From a virus (lineage: Duplodnaviria > Caudoviricetes): DNA of 30,239 nt. Shown in pieces: positions 1 to 9,305 of this stretch; position 1 is the stretch's first letter; each line of letters starts with the position of its first letter. The notes beneath the pieces are model-generated. The model had not been told where the DNA came from, searched no databases, and worked only from the letters and a program-made list of their open reading frames with translations. Both the position numbers and the translations under genes were made by a program. The DNA is taken from positions 1-30,239 of IMG/VR virus record IMGVR_UViG_3300032253_000231; one strand, given 5' to 3'.

Positions 1-591
1 TTATTTATCATCATCCACAGCATTTCTAAGTTTCTTTTTTTCACTTTCAGTTAAACTGTCAAATACAGCAAAATGTCTTATTAGATCGCTGACAATACGA
101 ACGGCTGCTAAAGACCACCTTAACGCCCACAACGTAAATCCTATAACAATGGCCAACATAAATTGTTTCCATAGGATCGGGATTATTGGCAACAGTATGC
201 AAATAAGTGCCACAAGCGTTATTGTTGAAGCAATAACCTGTGTCACGTGAACAAATGAAACATAAAAATTATAGACTTTGAACATTCCGCTAGATTGGAG
301 GAATGAAGAAAATCCGGGATTAGACATTATCTCAAGAATACGCCCAATTGCGGACCATGAAAGAGCTAATGTAATAGCGTTGAATGCTAAAATCCCACTA
401 TAAACTGTTGTGGATACATCCCACCTTTTTTCAGAAAAAAAATCGATTGATATGTAGTAAGCCGCTAAGCCACCAATAACCATGAAAACAATAAGGAAGG
501 ACGGGACGGCATGCCATGCCCCCTTACGCTTGATTGTTTCTGCCACATCAGCAAAAAATTGAGCAATAAAATGTTCTTTTTTTTCAGCCAT
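1..591 (-). CDS. Integral membrane protein, about 4 TM helices, unknown function (196 aa)
   Basis: ATG at 591 overlaps the end of the upstream gene (stop at 584-586). Four hydrophobic segments (FLIVFMVIGGLAAYYI, ILAFNAITLALSW, VIASTITLVALICILL, FMLAIVIGFTLWAL). AT-rich DNA. Confidence 0.8.
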   Translation of the reverse strand: MAEKKEHFIAQFFADVAETIKRKGAWHAVPSFLIVFMVIGGLAAYYISIDFFSEKRWDVSTTVYSGILAFNAITLALSWSAIGRILEIMSNPGFSSFLQSSGMFKVYNFYVSFVHVTQVIASTITLVALICILLPIIPILWKQFMLAIVIGFTLWALRWSLAAVRIVSDLIRHFAVFDSLTESEKKKLRNAVDDDK

Positions 592-1474
592 CGTAAATTT
601 CAATCATAGTCCTCACAACGTATTCCTCTTCAGAAACATCCACATCTCCAGTAGGGACAAAAACTTTTAAAGAAGAAGCTTTAGCTTGTTGCCTTATGTT
701 ACCTTCCCTTGATCGTTCAAATTTTGGTTTCGGGTAGGCAACTTCTGTCCCTGAATTAGTAGTTCCTTTAAAACCAATTTGACCATAACCTTCCTCTGCA
801 AGGCCAATCGATTCAGAAATTAAACCTTCATCAGCGACTGACATAGTCTCCCCAAATACAGGTTCGGCCTTTCCTGTCATTTTTCCAACCCGCGCTTTCC
901 TCATAAGTTCATCCATAATTTCACCCGGAACAACTGGGTGCGGGTTTGTGGGCCTTGAAGTAAACGAGAATTCAGTCAAGCCAAGGCGTGTTGCAGCTTG
1001 GGATACCTCACCAGATGTTGCCGTTCGGTAAAATGAAAAATCAAAATCTGATAAACCTCTTACAATAGACCGAAGCCGGTTCGCACCTTGACTGGCCGAA
1101 AGCATGTCTCCGCTGCCGTCACGAATTCCCATGCGCTCCATTCTAGGAACCATAATAAAACGGGTCCAAATTGTATCATTAGCAGGCACATCGACTAATT
1201 CAAGGTCGTCAGTATTGGGATTGTACCGGTGCTCCACGCGAACGTCTACTCCTCTAGCGACATCAAATATTGCACAATCTAACCCTGCTAAAACTTGATT
1301 TCTAAATCTCATGATAAAAGTGTCGTATTCGTTGGGACTCGGTTCAGGCTTGCGGTGAGCAACCCTGTTACCAGCAAACCCATGCATAATATCGGCGTGT
1401 TCATGAGTATAAATGGGTTCCTCAGCTTCGTCGAGAATGGCATACTTATAGAAACAGTATGAGATTTTTGGCAT
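584..1474 (-). CDS. Soluble accessory protein (296 aa), possibly DUF4747-like
   Basis: ATG at 1474 preceded by AGGGGTAAGAAA. Long ORF in AT-rich DNA. The family resemblance (…FSFTSRPTNP…) is from memory and unverified. Confidence 0.75.
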   Translation of the reverse strand: MPKISYCFYKYAILDEAEEPIYTHEHADIMHGFAGNRVAHRKPEPSPNEYDTFIMRFRNQVLAGLDCAIFDVARGVDVRVEHRYNPNTDDLELVDVPANDTIWTRFIMVPRMERMGIRDGSGDMLSASQGANRLRSIVRGLSDFDFSFYRTATSGEVSQAATRLGLTEFSFTSRPTNPHPVVPGEIMDELMRKARVGKMTGKAEPVFGETMSVADEGLISESIGLAEEGYGQIGFKGTTNSGTEVAYPKPKFERSREGNIRQQAKASSLKVFVPTGDVDVSEEEYVVRTMIEIYDG

Positions 1475-1532
1475 TTTCTTACCCCTAGAATATTGTGTGT
1501 AACGCTCACTACGGGTAGAAGTGTCGCCTAAA

Positions 1533-1541
1533 ATTATAGCA
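1533..1541 (-). promoter_or_regulatory. Extended -10 sigma70 promoter (TGCTATAAT) for the 1-1474 cassette
   Basis: The minus strand reads TG-C-TATAAT about 60 nt upstream of the ATG at 1474. No good -35 at 17 bp. Confidence 0.55.
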
Positions 1542-1573
1542 AGAGTCAAATTTGCCGGGGTCATAGGGGTGGC

Positions 1574-2371
1574 CTAAGCATTAGAAATTATCACCTCGCC
1601 GACTTTATGGGCCTGTTTTTTGGCGATGGAGTATGTGGTTTCGACGGCCTCGATGTCGAAGGATTTGAATATTTCGCGGACTTCCGGTCGGTCATTTAAG
1701 GACAGGATAAAGTGCCCTTTAAGGTTCATTAAAACATCGTTTAACCGTTCAAAATCTGCCCGTTCGAACATGTCTTTGCCGTAGTCTTTTTCGCAACCAA
1801 AATAAGGCGGATCAAGATAAAACAAGGTCATCGGCCGATCATAGCGCTGGATGAAATCGGTGTAGGGCAAACATTCGATGGTGACGGCCGAAAGCCGGGT
1901 ATGCAGTGCATCCAGCATCGGCCCCAGACGGGTAATATCAAAGCGGGCGGGCCGGTCGGCGGATACACCAAAATTGCGGCCGGAAACCTTGCCGCCAAAA
2001 GCCGTTCGTTGCAGATACAGAAACCGTGCTGCGCGTTCGAGGTCAGTTAAAGTATCTGGAACGGCTGCGATCAGCCGGTCAAATTCTGCCCTGGTTGTGA
2101 TCTGAAACTTCATCATTTCCATGAACGGCACATAATGGCGTTGAAGGATTCGGAAGAAATTAGCCACTTCACGGTTGAGATCATTGACGACTTCGGTCTT
2201 TGGTTTGTACTGCCGTCTTAAAAAAACGCCGCCCATGCCGACAAAGGGTTCTGCGTATAAAACGTGCGGAATGCCTTCGATTTTCTGAATAATTCGTTTT
2301 GCGAGATTTCGTTTGCCACCAAGATAAGGCGCAACGGGTGAAACCGGTTCAACAGGTTGTCTGGACTCCAT
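1574..2371 (-). CDS. DNA adenine methyltransferase (D12/Dam class) at the Mu mom position
   Basis: Motifs YLGGK, EPFVGMGG (SAM binding), VVNDLN and FYLDPPY (catalytic). Confidence 0.93.
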   Translation of the reverse strand: MESRQPVEPVSPVAPYLGGKRNLAKRIIQKIEGIPHVLYAEPFVGMGGVFLRRQYKPKTEVVNDLNREVANFFRILQRHYVPFMEMMKFQITTRAEFDRLIAAVPDTLTDLERAARFLYLQRTAFGGKVSGRNFGVSADRPARFDITRLGPMLDALHTRLSAVTIECLPYTDFIQRYDRPMTLFYLDPPYFGCEKDYGKDMFERADFERLNDVLMNLKGHFILSLNDRPEVREIFKSFDIEAVETTYSIAKKQAHKVGEVIISNA

Positions 2372-2391
2372 AAGTCATTTATCCGTATAAA
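2362..2391 (+). promoter_or_regulatory. Putative antisense sigma70 promoter overlapping the methylase start
   Basis: TGGACT (2362-2367), 18 bp spacer, TATAAA (2386-2391), immediately before a multi-hairpin region. Confidence 0.4.
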
Positions 2392-2394
2392 TAT

Positions 2395-2503
2395 CCCGCC
2401 GCGCGTACGGTGGCGGGTCGGCCAATATGCGGCCGGTTTTGGTCGAGAGGATTCTAGGCCCTCGGTTCAGGTGGTTACAGCCACCTGTCCCCCGTCCGGT
2501 CGC
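2395..2503 (+). ncRNA. Candidate structured RNA (4 consecutive hairpins) between the tail fibre assembly gene and the methylase
   Basis: Stems CCCGCCGC/GTGGCGGG, TCGGCC/GGCCGG, TCGAG(A)GG/CCCTCGG and CAGGTGG-TTACAG-CCACCTG (2468-2487). G-U pairs work on the + strand only. Confidence 0.5.
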
Positions 2504-3067
2504 CTATACAGGCGTTGGCCAGGTCAGATTACTTGCGGCCGTCAATGCATCAGCCGCCGTTGTGGCGGCGTCGATGGCTTCTTTCGCGCCTTCACGGATA
2601 TCCTCAATGGCGGCCGCAACCACCATCCACGTGTCGGCTTGTGTTTTCCATTCGGTGGCCACGGCCGCATAATCAGGTATTGTTGGATTGAGCCGTTCAG
2701 CCCGCGCCTTGATCAACGGATAATCGCTGGCCACCGGTGATGTGGCCGCCAGCCAGTTTTCGGCTTCGGCCCGTTTTCGTTCATAAATCAACGCCTGTCC
2801 GGAACCGCCGGTGATAAATTTCAACCGGGTATTTTCGGCTTCGGAATCGACCCGGTTTTTAAGCAATGTTTGCGTATCGGTGAGCGGGATGGTTTCCGGC
2901 GCTGGCGCTGTAAAGGACGTGCCGTCCCATGTCGCGCCGATCACGGCCGTGCCGTCATCAGGCACCAGCGTGGCGACGATTTCCGGTGTGAACATTTCAT
3001 TAATATCGCCGCCCTGATCGTCGATCAGCTCAACAACAATATTTTTTTCAATTCTTGCATGGATCAT
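2504..3067 (-). CDS. Tail fibre-associated/assembly protein
   Basis: Directly follows the tail fibre. The pattern 'V..IGATWDGTSFTAP … GQALIYERKRAEA … IEDIREGAK' is typical of post-fibre proteins. Confidence 0.7.
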   Translation of the reverse strand: MIHARIEKNIVVELIDDQGGDINEMFTPEIVATLVPDDGTAVIGATWDGTSFTAPAPETIPLTDTQTLLKNRVDSEAENTRLKFITGGSGQALIYERKRAEAENWLAATSPVASDYPLIKARAERLNPTIPDYAAVATEWKTQADTWMVVAAAIEDIREGAKEAIDAATTAADALTAASNLTWPTPV

Positions 3068-4302
3068 TATTTATACTCCTCGATGATTACAAAACCGGGG
3101 CCGCCTGTACCACCGGCACCGGCCACAGCGGTACCGCCCGCGCCCATGGCACCACCGCCACCACCGCCACCATTAACGCCGTCCTGCCCGGCAGTTCCGG
3201 CGAGCCACGCACCGGGGCCACCGCCTTCGCCGCCACCATTGCCGCCCTGATTTGAATTTGTTGTAACTTCACGAAGACCTTGCGTGCCAACCGCACCGCG
3301 CAGATTAATATCGCCGGATGATCCAAGGCCGCCTGTGCCGCCCCAGCCATCATCGCCGCCACCGGACCGGTAACCACCGCCACCGCCGGTCGCGGACAAA
3401 TACGCGCCGAACGACGTTGTCCCGCCGGTGCCACCATTGGTCATGCCCGCGCCGCCGCCATCTGACGGATTTCCCGGTGTGCCGCCAAGCCCGACCGTCA
3501 CCGCAACGGAAGATATTCCAAGGGCTATGATATCGAGCAGCTTTTCAGCACGGCCACCTTGACCGCCACCACCACCAACGTAATAATCGGCGTAGCCACC
3601 GCCACCACCGCCACCACCGCCACAAAGGCGAACGCGGATTTTTGTTGTCCCGGCATCCGGCGTCCAGGTACCGGAAGCCGTGAATACCTTGACAGCTTGC
3701 AGCACGCCACCGGCATCGGACTCGGCATCAATATCAACAAACATGATGTCGGCCGCTTTGGCGATGCCGATGCGGACCTTGTCGGTGGGAGCCGTTAAAT
3801 TAAGTGCACCGGCCGTGGTGCCATCCAGATAATAACGTGATCCCGGCGTCAGTCCCGACATCAGACCGGCGCGGGTTTCCCCGAAACAAATGACTTCACT
3901 GTTCGTTACATCGGCCACACCCACCGCATTGTTGCTGGTGGTACCGTCGGCAATGGCTTGGGCAAAATTGCTGTTGACGCTATCCCAACGGACGACTTCA
4001 CCATCGGCGACACCGGCGGCAAAGGTCGCCGATTTGATAACGACGGCTTTCGACGCGCCGCTGATCATGGCCGTGATGGCTTGACGCAGTTGTGTGCGGT
4101 CGGATTTATCAAGGGTCAGACCGCTGCTGGTAATCGTGCCTGCGATTTCTTCTTGCACCATATTCAGCCATTCGGCGTTGACCACCGTGGCCGGGATGGC
4201 GTTCGCCGCATCACCATCGGTAAAAAACCCGTTTGGATTGGGCCCGGCGGCCGTCGGTGCCGGGAGCGTGCCTGTGGCGGTTCCGTTATCAATCTTGAAC
4301 AT
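3067..4302 (-). CDS. Tail fibre protein with glycine-rich C-terminal domain
   Basis: Mu-type fibre N-terminus (GFFTDG…ATVVNAEWLNMVQEEI…LDKSDRTQL) directly after gp48. 'FTASGTWTP…GGGGGGG' Gly-rich domain. Confidence 0.85.
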   Translation of the reverse strand: MFKIDNGTATGTLPAPTAAGPNPNGFFTDGDAANAIPATVVNAEWLNMVQEEIAGTITSSGLTLDKSDRTQLRQAITAMISGASKAVVIKSATFAAGVADGEVVRWDSVNSNFAQAIADGTTSNNAVGVADVTNSEVICFGETRAGLMSGLTPGSRYYLDGTTAGALNLTAPTDKVRIGIAKAADIMFVDIDAESDAGGVLQAVKVFTASGTWTPDAGTTKIRVRLCGGGGGGGGGYADYYVGGGGGQGGRAEKLLDIIALGISSVAVTVGLGGTPGNPSDGGGAGMTNGGTGGTTSFGAYLSATGGGGGYRSGGGDDGWGGTGGLGSSGDINLRGAVGTQGLREVTTNSNQGGNGGGEGGGPGAWLAGTAGQDGVNGGGGGGGAMGAGGTAVAGAGGTGGPGFVIIEEYK

Positions 4303-4303
4303 T

Positions 4304-4897
4304 TTAGTTGCCTCCGTAGGTGAAATTTACATGTGTGTGGGCGGGTTTTTTGGCTTTGACGGCGCACTCCAGAAGCTCGTTGCCCCACTTGGCCAACGGC
4401 TCGCCACAACTGCTTGCCCCGGCCCTGAACTGAACGGTCGTTGTTGCCGGTGCGTTGCAGGCCCAGACAAAACGCCAGGTCTCGCCACAACAGGGATCTC
4501 CGGCCGCACTCTGTCCGGCCGTAAACGGTTTGAATTCCGATATCGTCACGTCGAAGCCCAGGATTTTTGCCAGATCGATAAAAAACTGCCGGGATTGGCC
4601 ACCACGCATGGTCAGTTTGGCGACCAGTGCGGCGCGTCGTTCCTGCACGGTTGTGGCGGCTGTGGCACACTTATCCGGCAGTCCGGCTGTTTTTTCCCAG
4701 TCGCTGAGCATTTCCGTGGTTTGGCGCGGATCGCTTTCATCCACCAGATCGGCCATGCGATTATGTGAGTTGGCCATACCATCGGCCGTGGCCGTTAACA
4801 GCTTGGTCAATGTGGCATCAGGGTCGCGTGGCCAAGCCGATCCTTGCGGCAACAGTTGCTGTAAAATATTCAGATAATCGTCGGTGGTGGCTCTCAT
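4304..4897 (-). CDS. Baseplate protein, Mu gp48/YmfQ (DUF2313) family
   Basis: LLPQGSAW, DP..T.EML.DWE, GGQS..FFI.LA..LG and KPAHT motifs; synteny. Confidence 0.92.
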   Translation of the reverse strand: MRATTDDYLNILQQLLPQGSAWPRDPDATLTKLLTATADGMANSHNRMADLVDESDPRQTTEMLSDWEKTAGLPDKCATAATTVQERRAALVAKLTMRGGQSRQFFIDLAKILGFDVTISEFKPFTAGQSAAGDPCCGETWRFVWACNAPATTTVQFRAGASSCGEPLAKWGNELLECAVKAKKPAHTHVNFTYGGN

Positions 4898-4901
4898 CGC
4901 A

Positions 4902-5960
4902 TCAGCTCCATGTGATCGCGCCGAAGACGGCGATCTCTCCTGTCAAATGGGTGACGTCGGCGACCGGGCTGGTCAGTTGATGATCGTTTTCACCGGCGGC
5001 GATAGAAATGGCCTCACGAATATGGCTGATCAGGATGGTGCCGCCGGGGACTGCTTCGCGCCGGATCAGGTCTTTGATCTCGGCCTCGATGGCGTCTTTG
5101 ACGGCCTGCGATACCGGATCAAGCCCGGAAATGGTCAGGTTTAAAATCTTCGGTACCGGGGCGACAACGGTTAATGCGGCCGTCACCGGCCGCACCAGAT
5201 CAAGGGCCGTTTGCACGGCCGTCACATCGGCCGCCAGCGGAATGCCATCGGCATAGGTATCGGCCATTAAAAACCGCACGCTGACGGTGCCGAGGCCCAG
5301 TTCCTGCGGATAGACCCATGCGTCTGTGACACCGGCCTGATCTTTGGCCCATTTGACGTAATCAAAATCCGCGCCACCGTGGGGCGGTTGCTGAATACGG
5401 TCGAGAATACGGGCGCGAAAATCGTCGTCGGTTTCTTCGTCCGCGCCGCCGGTTAAGCCTGCGGCCGCCACAGTCGGCCCAGCGTTTACGCCGACAATGG
5501 GTGAAACCAGGTTAACCGTGGTCCCGGAAACCCCGTTGCCGTCCAATCCGGCCAATACGGCGGTGACGGTGGCGGTGGCCACACCGGCGGTGATGATCAC
5601 TTCGACAGTAGTTTGGTATTGGCGGCCATCGGCGCGTTGCAACAACGTGTCTTTTGGAATTACGGTGTTATCAATGCCCGTAAAATCAACCGATCCTGTG
5701 GCAAAGGTTGCCGCCAAGCGCGCCACATTCCAGACCGCACCGTGGCGATCGAGCATTTCCGTTTCGGCGGTATCAACCAGCATCTGTTCCTTGGCCCAGT
5801 CGATAAAACCATAGACACCGTGATTGGCCCCGGCCGATGTGGTGGCCAGAACGTTCAGGTTTGATCTGCGCAGGCGGGCGTCGGCACCGGGCAAGCGGGC
5901 CTCGATGTCGGCGATGGCGGCGTCATTCAGATTGGTTAAGGTCGGTTTTTCAAAGGGCAT
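4902..5960 (-). CDS. Baseplate J / Mu gp47 protein
   Basis: GGADEETDDDFRAR, PPHGG..DY..WA and GTVSV motifs; synteny. Confidence 0.94.
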   Translation of the reverse strand: MPFEKPTLTNLNDAAIADIEARLPGADARLRRSNLNVLATTSAGANHGVYGFIDWAKEQMLVDTAETEMLDRHGAVWNVARLAATFATGSVDFTGIDNTVIPKDTLLQRADGRQYQTTVEVIITAGVATATVTAVLAGLDGNGVSGTTVNLVSPIVGVNAGPTVAAAGLTGGADEETDDDFRARILDRIQQPPHGGADFDYVKWAKDQAGVTDAWVYPQELGLGTVSVRFLMADTYADGIPLAADVTAVQTALDLVRPVTAALTVVAPVPKILNLTISGLDPVSQAVKDAIEAEIKDLIRREAVPGGTILISHIREAISIAAGENDHQLTSPVADVTHLTGEIAVFGAITWS

Positions 5961-6433
5961 TATGAATTGGCTCCTTGGCCTTGCCAGACGTTGTCAAAAC
6001 GGTATTCGATCTGATTGCCGGTCGGCGGATGGATCACGATTTCAAGGGCCAGCATTTGCGGTCGCGGGTTTGTGGCCACAACATCGACTTTTGATGCAAC
6101 ACCGTCCTCGATCAGCCATGCAAGGGCTTCGCGGGCGTATTCTGCGGCCCTGATCATCACGGCGGGCAGTTGTTTTTCCCGCGCCAACAACCACAGCCGC
6201 GATCCGATGCGGTCATCGCCGCTGTTTGCGGGCAGGCCCAGACTGTCGCCCCACCAGCCGCGCAGGGTATCATCATCGCCCGGCAACTGATCGTCCGGGC
6301 GGGCACGCCGATCAGTAAACAGGGAAATAATCACGGCTGTTTCCAAACCGTCGTCGGCTTTCAATAAACCACCGTCCAGGTCCAGATCAGCGGCCATGAT
6401 GTCGGCATCAAATAACGCTTTGATATCGGTCAT
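5960..6433 (-). CDS. Mu gp46-like baseplate protein
   Basis: L.TAVIISLFTDRRA, RGWWGD and GSRLWLL.REK motifs. Confidence 0.94.
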   Translation of the reverse strand: MTDIKALFDADIMAADLDLDGGLLKADDGLETAVIISLFTDRRARPDDQLPGDDDTLRGWWGDSLGLPANSGDDRIGSRLWLLAREKQLPAVMIRAAEYAREALAWLIEDGVASKVDVVATNPRPQMLALEIVIHPPTGNQIEYRFDNVWQGQGANS

Positions 6434-7023
6434 GGCCCCTCCGGATGATTGGAAGGCAGATCCGCTTGATCGAGGCCATGTTCGGTCGATGTGCCGGTGG
6501 CACCGGTGGTGTAACTGTCAATATTATAGGCGGTGCCACCCGCATGGGTCTCGCGCTGACCCTTGCCATAAACTTCGGTCTGCAGATAATCGGTGCCGAT
6601 GATCTCGACGCCTTTGCCTTTGATGCGGACGATGCCGGAAGATTTGAGATAAATATTTTTGCCTTCAAGGTGCAGGCCGTTCCTTTTGATATGAACAACC
6701 TGTCCCTGATCGTCATATAAAGCGACTTCACCTTGAGCCAATTTTTTCAGGCGGTACCGCCGATCATCAACAGCAATGATGACGCTGTGCGAGCGGTTAC
6801 CGCCCAAGGCCAACAGGATCGCTTCCGCGCCCGGATGGGGATGGCTGGTGATGCCATAATTCTGAAACCGTTCGACGCCGTCCATGGCCTCGCCCTTCAG
6901 CACCGAGACCTGCAGACCCTGCAGTTTGGTTTCGTCATCGATGACCTGGACAATGGCGCGGCCGATCATCAGCATGACGCGGCGTTTAAGGGGGGCACTC
7001 AATTTTTCAATAATGCGTCTCAC
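6430..7023 (-). CDS. Baseplate spike, Mu gp45 / gpV
   Basis: VERFQNYG.TS.P..GAE, DDRRYR and GEVALYD..G motifs. Confidence 0.93.
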   Translation of the reverse strand: MRRIIEKLSAPLKRRVMLMIGRAIVQVIDDETKLQGLQVSVLKGEAMDGVERFQNYGITSHPHPGAEAILLALGGNRSHSVIIAVDDRRYRLKKLAQGEVALYDDQGQVVHIKRNGLHLEGKNIYLKSSGIVRIKGKGVEIIGTDYLQTEVYGKGQRETHAGGTAYNIDSYTTGATGTSTEHGLDQADLPSNHPEGP

Positions 7024-8069
7024 CAGCCCGTTTCCACTTCATCGTCTTTAAGCGCGATCAATTCAAACGCCTTGGCCGGTGCCAGAGTTAACCGTGTTGT
7101 GCGGCCATTTCCGTCCAGCGTCATGGTGGTCGACGTAATCAGCATATCGCCCGATAAACCCAGTTCCGGAATATCGATGGCCACCAAAGTTAACGGCCGC
7201 CATAATCCGGTTTTATGTTTCCAGCCCTGCACCGTGATGTCGGCTTTTAAAGCGCGGGCGCGGCGCACGCTGGCTTCCCATTTGGCGCGTTCAAGGAACG
7301 TCGAACCGTCGCCTTGGTCTTCGCCAATAATAATTAGCGGCCGATAGCGGGTAACACCGGGATCAACGGCTTCGGCATTGGGTTCAGCATTGTCTTCAGG
7401 TGACGTGAAATCATTTCCAGCGGCTTGTCCTTTGACGATGATTTTTGAAAACCGGTCACGCATGCTGGAACCGCCGGACGCTTTTAAAACATTGCCGTCT
7501 TTGCCTGTTTTAAGGGTTGCGTTTGAATGCGCAGCCTGATCGGCACGGGTTAAATTGAGGCCGCCAAAACCGTCCGACATGGCCAGCACAGCGCGCATGC
7601 GACAGGCGCGGTCGATGGCTTCAAAGGCGGTTTCACCTTCGTTCAATTTAAATTTGGAAAACGCCTTGCCGACATCGATTTCCGCATCGACGTTGACATC
7701 GAATGGCTGGCACAAGGCCCTGACGATTTCCGTTAATTTTTGATCTTTCCATTCCCCCGGCGAATGTACGGCCGAGCAATCGACCAAATCCCCGGCGCGG
7801 TCGCGACCGGATACGGTTACAGTGTGATTTCCGGCGTCAAAATTGGGTGTGGCGTCATCGATATAGCCGGTGATCACCGTTTCATCGCCGATTTTTAATG
7901 TGCAGGATGATCCGGCCTTGACCGGGCGCGGTGCATCCGATCCCGGCCAGCGGTCACTTAATGTCAGATTGAACGTTCCGGCCAGTGTTTCCATAGAACG
8001 GGTGACGGTGACGGTTTTCCAGCCTTGATGAATTTTATCAGCGATCAGCAGCCTGACATCATCCGGCAT
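7020..8069 (-). CDS. Baseplate hub, Mu gpP (gp44)
   Basis: GW..V.V.RS, VITGYID, GRD…DLVDCS, GET.FE.I and RA.WE motifs. Confidence 0.93.
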   Translation of the reverse strand: MPDDVRLLIADKIHQGWKTVTVTRSMETLAGTFNLTLSDRWPGSDAPRPVKAGSSCTLKIGDETVITGYIDDATPNFDAGNHTVTVSGRDRAGDLVDCSAVHSPGEWKDQKLTEIVRALCQPFDVNVDAEIDVGKAFSKFKLNEGETAFEAIDRACRMRAVLAMSDGFGGLNLTRADQAAHSNATLKTGKDGNVLKASGGSSMRDRFSKIIVKGQAAGNDFTSPEDNAEPNAEAVDPGVTRYRPLIIIGEDQGDGSTFLERAKWEASVRRARALKADITVQGWKHKTGLWRPLTLVAIDIPELGLSGDMLITSTTMTLDGNGRTTRLTLAPAKAFELIALKDDEVETGW

Positions 8070-9264
8070 GGGTCAAAACCTCCAACTGGTTGCCACCGAT
8101 GGCCATACCGGGATGGCGTAATTTATTGCGGGCTGAGATTTCATCGGCGCGGTTTAAAACCGCATCCAAATCGTCGCCATACAAATCATTGGCCAATGCC
8201 AGGGCCGGGCGGGTGGCGGGCCACGATTTTTTAATAATGCGCGGCAGGCTGGGCGCGATGGTGGAAACGTGTTTAACCACCGACTGCGCCAGTTTGGTGT
8301 AGCTGCGCCATTCGCCGTCGGTGGCCGTGGCTGTTTCCAGATCGATCAAATCGACAATGCGGTCGCGAGCTGTCGTCGCTTCCAGACTTGTCGCAAATGT
8401 CTGGTTGGCGGCCAGACGGGCGCGTTCGGCCAGCGCCGAGCCACGGACAAAGCGGGCAAGTGCGGTCTGGTTTTTCAGTTGCTGCTGTCGGCTCGGCGTC
8501 GTTTGTGGTGGAGGTGTCAGCCCGTCACCAAAGCTGGCAATATTCTGAAACACATTTTCTGCCGGCAAAGGTGTCACGGATTGAACCCGGCCGATCAGGC
8601 TCTGCAGTTTTGACGCCAAATTTACCGGGTCGCGCACATAGGTGCTGGCGTTTGTTGTCAAATCCGTAACATCACGGCCGAGGCTGGCCAATTGTTCGCC
8701 GCTACGGATTGTTTTCTGGATTGTGGCCACAATATCGCTTGCGGCCGTGGTCACGGATTTGGCGGCATCACTGGCGACAAATTCCGGAAACCCGCCAACG
8801 TTAAACGACGTTTTAAAGGATGTTTGCAGGCTGTTTAAAAGGTTGTTTGCTGAACTGTTAACCGCGGACGGCGTGTTGGTTTGTGTTTCGGGATAGCGAT
8901 TGTCACCGGCCTCGGCAAAGGTCAGGGTAAACCGCGCCATGCCGCCGTCCCGCGTCGTGTAGCGTTGGCGGCAATCGGTGCAGACGACGGTCATCTCGCC
9001 CAAGTATGGATGAACCAGAGTTCCGGGCCCGGATTTTTCACAAGCCTCGACCAGTTTTGCGGCTTTCGCTATATGGTCCGGTTCCAGCACGTAGCACTGG
9101 ATTGTGTGTTCCCGCGATTTGCGGCCCAAGTCTTCGATATAGGGCAAGTCCCGATCCGGGTATTCGTGGTTGGCTTGACGGCGGCCAAATCCACCTTCGG
9201 CGTCTGAATAAAAAAATTCAATACCGCGAAACGAGGCCTTGCGCAATTTTTGATGCCAGCTCAT
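8059..9264 (-). CDS. DNA circularisation protein, Mu gpN
   Basis: Start reassigned to the ATG at 9264 (MSWHQKLRKASFRG; GGAGTGG upstream). Motifs HEYP.RD..IEDLGR, GPGTLVHPYLG and a C-terminal PAL.LA..LYGD…RN..RHP. Confidence 0.92.
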   Translation of the reverse strand: MSWHQKLRKASFRGIEFFYSDAEGGFGRRQANHEYPDRDLPYIEDLGRKSREHTIQCYVLEPDHIAKAAKLVEACEKSGPGTLVHPYLGEMTVVCTDCRQRYTTRDGGMARFTLTFAEAGDNRYPETQTNTPSAVNSSANNLLNSLQTSFKTSFNVGGFPEFVASDAAKSVTTAASDIVATIQKTIRSGEQLASLGRDVTDLTTNASTYVRDPVNLASKLQSLIGRVQSVTPLPAENVFQNIASFGDGLTPPPQTTPSRQQQLKNQTALARFVRGSALAERARLAANQTFATSLEATTARDRIVDLIDLETATATDGEWRSYTKLAQSVVKHVSTIAPSLPRIIKKSWPATRPALALANDLYGDDLDAVLNRADEISARNKLRHPGMAIGGNQLEVLTHAG

Positions 9265-9267
9265 TAT
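9239..9267 (+). promoter_or_regulatory. Putative sigma70 promoter for the inverted lipoprotein gene
   Basis: TTGCGC (9239-9244), 17 bp spacer, CATTAT (9262-9267); overlaps the gpN start codon on the other strand. Confidence 0.4.
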
Positions 9268-9305
9268 ACCACTCCAGAATGAAAATAGATTAATGGAGAG
9301 CAGAT

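Noticed and set aside
1480-1575. Possible Mu right end (TG…CA terminus) just past the methylase
   Set aside because: Several TG dinucleotides occur, but I see no repeated transposase-binding sites, and the other end is not available for comparison or for a 5-bp duplication.
3100-3625. CCA/CCG triplet repeats
   Set aside because: They encode poly-Gly stretches of the tail fibre; not a CRISPR array, VNTR or DGR repeat.
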